Below are positions 57,311 to 64,000 of a stretch of 64,000 nt of DNA, piece after piece. A program made the position numbers and the translations under genes. The notes beneath the pieces are model-generated. The model did not search any database. It was given only the letters and a program-made list of their open reading frames with translations, and was not told the DNA's origin. This DNA comes from Minisyncoccota bacterium (GTDB lineage: Bacteria > Patescibacteriota > Minisyncoccia > Phycocordibacterales > UBA9973): NCBI GenBank assembly GCA_031413715.1, contig JANOFO010000009.1, forward strand, positions 2,718-66,717. Reading direction: 5' to 3'. How positions within the stretch are numbered: position 1 is the stretch's first letter; each line of letters opens with the position of its first letter.

Positions 57311-57385
57311 GGAGCCGCCTCCCAGACTCGAACTGGGGACCCTCACTTTACAAAAGTGTAGCTCTACCAACTGAGCTAAGGCGGC
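57311..57385 (-). tRNA. tRNA-Thr (anticodon TGT)
   Basis: Reverse complement GCCGCCTTAGCTCAGTTGGTAGAGCTACACTTTTGTAAAGTGAGGGTCCCCAGTTCGAGTCTGGGAGGCGGCTCC folds as a cloverleaf: 7-bp acceptor stem, GTTCGAGTC T-loop, anticodon loop TTTGTAA. A27-A43 mismatch; CCA not encoded. Confidence 0.85.
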
Positions 57386-57430
57386 ATACTAATTTTCTTC
57401 TTCTTTCAAACTTCAATTATTAATTACTCT

Positions 57431-57832
57431 TTATTCGTGTTCTTCTTTCACTTTCTCCTTGACCCTTCTTATCTTGGCTTTTGATTCCAGTATCGCTTTA
57501 CGGAAAAACGAAGGTCTCCTTGGAGTATCGGGGGATTCTGGCTTCCTTTTTAAGTAAGCATTTACCTTTGGCCAACTATCAGCAATCTTCTTCTTTGTCT
57601 TAGTTGTCAATATAAACCAGTATTTTACAATAACGAGCACGATATTCTGAACCACGTGCTTGATGAAATATAACATACTTTTCTCCACATGTCTAAACGA
57701 TAGATCTGGTAGGGGACTCTCCGTATACTCCGGTAATTTTACTCTCTCGGTGCGGAGTTCCCATGCCCGAAATACGAGCATTCCAAATGCTACGATAATC
57801 GCGACAATAAAGATAATGAAAATTATAAGCAT
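57431..57832 (-). CDS. Small hypothetical membrane protein with basic C-terminal tail
   Basis: 133 aa. N-terminal TM. K/R-rich C-terminus. Confidence 0.45.
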   Translation of the reverse strand: MLIIFIIFIVAIIVAFGMLVFRAWELRTERVKLPEYTESPLPDLSFRHVEKSMLYFIKHVVQNIVLVIVKYWFILTTKTKKKIADSWPKVNAYLKRKPESPDTPRRPSFFRKAILESKAKIRRVKEKVKEEHE

Positions 57833-57846
57833 AATATTTAGAGCTA

Positions 57847-58629
57847 CTAACCAATCGACTCACGTACAAATCGTACCAAAGTCGCACCCTTATCTGCAAG
57901 TAGCTTACCAACAGTTACATCAGGATTCTTTATGAATGATTGATCCATAAGTGTTTGTTCTTTGAAGTAAGTAGTTATTTTTCCTTCGAGCATTTTTTTC
58001 TTTATATCTTCAGATTTGTTCGATTCACCGACTTCCTTTTCAAAGACCTCGATTACTTTTTTCTTATCTTCTTCAGTTATATCATCACTTTTTGTAAATG
58101 CTGGCTTCATAGCTGCGATATGCATAGCGATATCTTTGGCAAGTTCAGATGTCCCGGCTGTAAGCGATACGATGACAGCGCTTTTACCGCCATGAACGTA
58201 TGCTCCGATAGTATCGCCAGTGACTTCCTCGACTCGGCCAAGTTCGATCTTCTCTCCTACTTTCTGAATCACAGGATTTATCATATCTCCAGCTCTTTCT
58301 TTCATCTTTCCTATTCCATCATTAAATGCAACTTGAGCAAGTTCCCGCGCGAGTTTTGTGAAGTCTTCATTTTTGGCAACGAAATCAGTTTCTGAATTTA
58401 GAGTAAGCAATAGCGCTCTGCCAATCTCTTCCATTACAACAATAGTACCATCATGCGCATCACGATCAGCTTTCTTCATCGCGATAGTACTTGATTTCTT
58501 TTTGAGTATTATCAAGGCTTTTTCCATATCGCCCTCTGCTTCCTCGAGTGCTGTTCGGCACTGCATTACAGAGACGCCAGTTGCATCTCTTAATTCTTTA
58601 ACTTGCTCTGCTGTGATTTTTGTAGACAT
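57847..58629 (-). CDS. tsf: Elongation factor Ts
   Basis: MSTKITAEQVKELRDATGVSVMQCRTALEEAEGDMEKAL UBA-like N-terminus. 260 aa. Confidence 0.92.
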   Translation of the reverse strand: MSTKITAEQVKELRDATGVSVMQCRTALEEAEGDMEKALIILKKKSSTIAMKKADRDAHDGTIVVMEEIGRALLLTLNSETDFVAKNEDFTKLARELAQVAFNDGIGKMKERAGDMINPVIQKVGEKIELGRVEEVTGDTIGAYVHGGKSAVIVSLTAGTSELAKDIAMHIAAMKPAFTKSDDITEEDKKKVIEVFEKEVGESNKSEDIKKKMLEGKITTYFKEQTLMDQSFIKNPDVTVGKLLADKGATLVRFVRESIG

Positions 58630-58684
58630 AATTTTTTAAATGTATTTAAGCAAAGTGGAGCTTATATATTATAAGTTAATATTT

Positions 58685-59377
58685 TTATTTTCCTGCAACA
58701 CCCTTTGTGTATGCATTCTTAACTGCTCTCACAAAAAAACTTATACTAGATACTGATGCGTCGTTGCCTACGATAGGGTGTTCTACTTGTTTTAGATTGC
58801 AGTCAGTATTGAGTAGGGCGATAACAGGAAGATTCATTTTGTGAGCTTCAGTTACTGCTATGTGTTCTTTCTTTGGATCAATGACAAATAGTACATCAGG
58901 AGTTTTGTTTATACCTGTAAGACCTTGGAAGTTCTTGGTCATATCTTCCATCTCACGGTCTATTAATAGGCGTTCTTTTTTAGTGTATTTATCAAGCTCG
59001 CCCTTTTCTTTCTGGTCGCGCCATTCGAGGAGCTTTGTAATGCGTTTTTTAATTTCTGGGAAATTTGTAAGAGATCCTCCAACCCAGCGTTCTGACACGT
59101 ACGGCATGTTTAGGGAAAGGGCTGCTTCTATCATTTGCTGACGCGCTTCGGCTTTTGTTCCTACGAATAGTATTGTCTTGCCGCTCGCTGCGAGCTTAGT
59201 AACTGTCTCTAGAACTTTCTCAAGCAGTTCGTATGACTTTTCAATATTAATAATGTCAACTCCATTTTTCGTTGCGAAAATATATGGAGTTGTAGACGGA
59301 TGACGGCGACTCTTTGAATATCCATAGTGCGCGCCATCTTTAAACATTTCTTCTATGATCTCGTTTTGTGTACTCAT
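58685..59377 (-). CDS. rpsB: 30S ribosomal protein S2
   Basis: FKDGAHYGYSKSRRHPSTTPYIF... 230 aa. Directly upstream of tsf. Confidence 0.92.
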   Translation of the reverse strand: MSTQNEIIEEMFKDGAHYGYSKSRRHPSTTPYIFATKNGVDIINIEKSYELLEKVLETVTKLAASGKTILFVGTKAEARQQMIEAALSLNMPYVSERWVGGSLTNFPEIKKRITKLLEWRDQKEKGELDKYTKKERLLIDREMEDMTKNFQGLTGINKTPDVLFVIDPKKEHIAVTEAHKMNLPVIALLNTDCNLKQVEHPIVGNDASVSSISFFVRAVKNAYTKGVAGK

Positions 59378-59387
59378 TTTTTATCCA

Positions 59388-59408
59388 GCCACAAGTCGGA
59401 CTTGTGGC
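59388..59408. repeat. Palindromic element GCCACAAGTCGGACTTGTGGC (copy 2, inverted relative to 13924..13944) in the rpsB 5' leader
   Basis: Exact reverse complement of copy 1, including similar flanks (CCAGCC...GGCTGG). Confidence 0.8.
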
Positions 59409-59513
59409 TGGTCGGATTTAATTATAATTACCGCTTTCGAAGGCAGTACGCTCCGTTTTTAAGCATTCCAGCTAATCTACAAGGTGATAATTCTAATGTT
59501 AATTAAAAAAATC

Positions 59514-59547
59514 CCCGCCCGCCCCCGAGTATATTGAGGGCAGGCAG
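59514..59547. repeat. GC-rich motif CCCGCCCGCCC...GGGCAGGCAGG (intergenic copy)
   Basis: Shares blocks with 42637..42665. Confidence 0.6.
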
Positions 59548-59606
59548 GCCTCACGGAACATATGGCTATAGTACCAGAAAAACCATTGTTTTGCAAATGA
59601 TTATTT

Positions 59607-59635
59607 TTGACCGGGAGGGCAATTTAGGGTAGTAT
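59607..59635 (+). promoter_or_regulatory. sigma70 promoter TTGACC-17-TAGTAT for proS; the transcript is probably leaderless
   Basis: The -10 ends 6 nt before the ATG at 59642. No SD is present. Confidence 0.5.
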
Positions 59636-59641
59636 GGCAGT

Positions 59642-60901
59642 ATGACTATAGGCATGAAGCAAACGCAACTATTTACCAAAACAAAAAAGGAAAATCCAGC
59701 TGATGAAGTCTCGCTTAATGCCGAGCTTCTTATAAAGGCAGGTTTTATCCATAAGGAAATGGCTGGTGTGTATTCTTACCTGCCTCTCGGTCTAAAGGTT
59801 CTAAATAAAATCGAAACCATCATTCGCGAAGAGATGGACAATATCGGTGGAATCGAAATGCGGACATCAGTGTTGCAGAGCAAAGAAGTATGGGAGAAAT
59901 CAAATCGCTGGGATGATAAAGTAGTAGATAATTGGTTTAAAACACAATTTAAAAATGGTGGTGAGGTGGGCCTTTCTTTTACTAATGAAGAAGCTTATTC
60001 TAATATTTTAAAGCAATATGTAAGTTCATATAAAGATCTGCCAATTTATCCATACGATTTTAAAACTATTTTTCGGAACGAGATAAGGAGTAAATCTGGC
60101 ATTATGCGCGGAAGAGAATTCTACTGGAAAGCTCTCTATTCATTTTCTAAGAATGAAGCCGAGCATAATGAATTCTATGAAAAATCTAAAATAGCGTATA
60201 AAAATATTTTCCAAAAAGTTGGCATTGGCCATCTCACATATTTAACTTTTGCTTCTGGCGGGACTTTTTCAAAATTTTCTCATGAATTTCAGACAATTAC
60301 TTCTGCAGGTGAAGATACTATCTATATTGATGAGAGCAAAGCCATCGCAGTAAATAAAGAAGTCTACACTGATGAAATATTAGAAAATCTCGGATTTAAA
60401 AAAGAAAATTTAATAGAGAAAACTACTGTTGAGGTTGGAAATATTTTCTCTCTTGGCACGAAATTCTCAGCACCGTTTGATTTGAAATATAAAGACGAGA
60501 AGGGAGAAGAAAATTTGGTTATCATGGGATGCTATGGTATAGGTCTTGGTCGTCTTATGGGGACGGTTGTTGAGGTTCTCTCAGATGGTAAAGGAATAAT
60601 ATGGCCAGAGTCTATTGCTCCGTTCAAGATTCACCTGCTCGCACTTGGCGAAGATGAATCGATACACAAAGAAGCAAGCGATCTATATGCAGATCTAGTA
60701 GCAAAAGGTATAGAAGTGCTCTTTGATGATCGCCACGATGTGAATGCAGGAGAGAAGTTTGCAGATGCTGATTTGATAGGCATTCCTTACCGAGTTGTAG
60801 TATCAAAAAGAAGCTTGGCAGATGGGGGATACGAAATTAAAAAACGCACAGAAGAGGGTGGTAAAATTGTTAACAAAGAAGAATTGTTCGCTCAACTATA
60901 A
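59642..60901 (+). CDS. proS: Prolyl-tRNA synthetase (short form without the large editing insertion)
   Basis: LFTKTKKENPADEVSLNAELLIKAGFIHKEMAGVYSYLPLGLKVL. Class II motifs. 419 aa. Confidence 0.85.
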   Translation: MTIGMKQTQLFTKTKKENPADEVSLNAELLIKAGFIHKEMAGVYSYLPLGLKVLNKIETIIREEMDNIGGIEMRTSVLQSKEVWEKSNRWDDKVVDNWFKTQFKNGGEVGLSFTNEEAYSNILKQYVSSYKDLPIYPYDFKTIFRNEIRSKSGIMRGREFYWKALYSFSKNEAEHNEFYEKSKIAYKNIFQKVGIGHLTYLTFASGGTFSKFSHEFQTITSAGEDTIYIDESKAIAVNKEVYTDEILENLGFKKENLIEKTTVEVGNIFSLGTKFSAPFDLKYKDEKGEENLVIMGCYGIGLGRLMGTVVEVLSDGKGIIWPESIAPFKIHLLALGEDESIHKEASDLYADLVAKGIEVLFDDRHDVNAGEKFADADLIGIPYRVVVSKRSLADGGYEIKKRTEEGGKIVNKEELFAQL

Positions 60902-60903
60902 AA

Positions 60904-61927
60904 ATGTTCAAAAAATTCTACAAAATGTTTTCCAACGATATCGGTATTGATCTTGGAACTGCCAACACGCTGGTCTATTTGAAAGGGCATGGTATTGTCA
61001 TCAATGAACCGTCAGTAGTTGTCGTCAATCAGAAGACTGGTCAGATCGTAGCAGTAGGAGCAGAAGCTAAAGAGATGCTCGGGCGTACGCCGGGCCACGT
61101 CCGCGCCGTGCGACCGATTGTCGATGGCGTCATCTCCGACTTTGAAGTAACAGAAGAAATGCTTTCATATCTGATCGGTAAAGCTGAGAAGATATCAAAG
61201 AAATTTATTCGACCTCGAGTGCTTCTAGGTGTGCCTACTGGAATTACAAATGTAGAGATACGCGCAGTTGAAGATGCTGCTCGCTCTGCAGGTGCTCGCG
61301 AAGTCTATATTGTTGAGGAACCGATGTCTGCCGCTGTCGGCATACGCCTTCCAGTCAAGGAAGCCATAGGTTCGGTTATTGTAGATATCGGTGGAGGCAC
61401 TACTGATATAGCGGTGATATCGCTCGGTGGCGTTGTACGATCCAAGAATTTGAAAATTGCTGGAGACTTGCTCAATACAAATATTGTAAACTATATGCGT
61501 GATGAATTTAAGCTCTTAATCGGTGAGAGAACTGCTGAGAATGTAAAGATTGCTATCGGTTCTGTCATAGAAGGGGATCATATGGAAGCTGAAGTTCGGG
61601 GAAGAGACTTAGTTACCGGATTACCTCGTCAAGTTATCATTACTGATTCTGATATTCGTGAGGCTATCATGCCGTCCGTGCTTAGCCTTATCGACGGCAT
61701 CAAGGAAGTCTTGGAAACTACCCCGCCTGAATTACTCTCCGATATTATGCACCGCGGACTTGTTTTATCAGGTGGTGGAGCTCTCATTCGTGGATTTGAT
61801 ACGTTGCTTGGGGAGGGGCTTAAGATTCCTATATATGTTGCAGAAGATCCTCTTACCGCTGTAGCAAGGGGAACAGGAGTGATAATGGATGATTTTGAGT
61901 CGTTTCGGGAAGTTTTAGTAAATACAG

Positions 61928-61950
<23 letters not shown>
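60904..61950 (+). CDS. mreB: Rod shape-determining protein MreB
   Basis: GIDLGTANTLVY, actin-fold motifs, 348 aa. Confidence 0.92.
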
Positions 61951-63939
<1,989 letters not shown>

Positions 63940-64000
63940 TCCTCTTGACGACTATGCTATTATAAATAGAGATGTCTAAAGTATTCAAACTAAAAAGCGA

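Noticed and set aside
59699-59740. CTGATGA heptamer in proS, considered as a second hammerhead core
   Set aside because: There is no following stem II/GAAA and no flanking stems I and III, and it lies inside conserved ProS coding sequence. It is a chance heptamer.

Overview
This 64 kb window is AT-rich (roughly 35-40% GC by eye) and gene-dense. It looks like a small-genome Patescibacteria/CPR-like bacterium; that placement is an inference from fused or truncated housekeeping genes, short gene overlaps and the overall gene repertoire. The conserved backbone is gyrB, a CorC/CNNM transporter, thrS, rpmF, a NusB-Nudix fusion, rnc, a short SMC-family ATPase, rnr, rpsP-KH-trmD, rpoB-rpoC, dnaG-rpoD, a DsbA-like oxidoreductase, a QxxRW GT2 synthase, tsf-rpsB (minus strand), proS, mreB-mreC and tgt. 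Several accessory islands sit between these genes. (1) Two paralogous cell-surface gene clusters (1-5208 and 24712-34737) carry Thr-rich secreted proteins with a conserved C-terminal DYT...TF motif, paired with membrane-anchored DAEPxGxxGA-motif proteins. The first cluster adds a dockerin-like protein and two cohesin-like membrane-anchored proteins. The second adds an FN3 protein, an excisionase-type HTH membrane protein, a 1422-aa glycine-rich fibre-like giant and a class A beta-lactamase-like hydrolase. (2) A three-gene module of unknown function with its own terminator (16423-18755) is inserted between the convergent smc and rnr genes. (3) A 697-aa K/E-rich orphan protein sits behind a consensus sigma70 promoter (20965-23128). 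(4) A three-gene cluster of large proteins (49696-55508) contains an adenylate-kinase-like P-loop domain fused to an HD phosphohydrolase domain, and a second P-loop protein with a Nudix-like box. It is flanked by a long AT-rich leader containing a 135-nt GC-rich island (candidate structured RNA) and by a divergent TrmB-family regulator. (5) A strongly promoted micro-operon (32-aa peptide gene translationally coupled to a 101-aa protein whose 3' half is anomalously GC-rich) ends in a complete type III hammerhead ribozyme at 57073-57123, next to a terminator and a tRNA-Thr(TGT) gene. Other oddities are a ~100-bp diverged duplication of the rpoD 3' end flanking an inserted TPR gene, a 21-25 bp palindromic repeat present twice, a GC-rich motif present both in-frame inside dnaG and in an intergenic region, heptamer AACCT-type repeats in the leaders of nusB and rnc, and a probably leaderless proS promoter. 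No CRISPR array, rRNA or transposase was seen. All calls rest on reading the sequence and motifs by eye; no searches were run.
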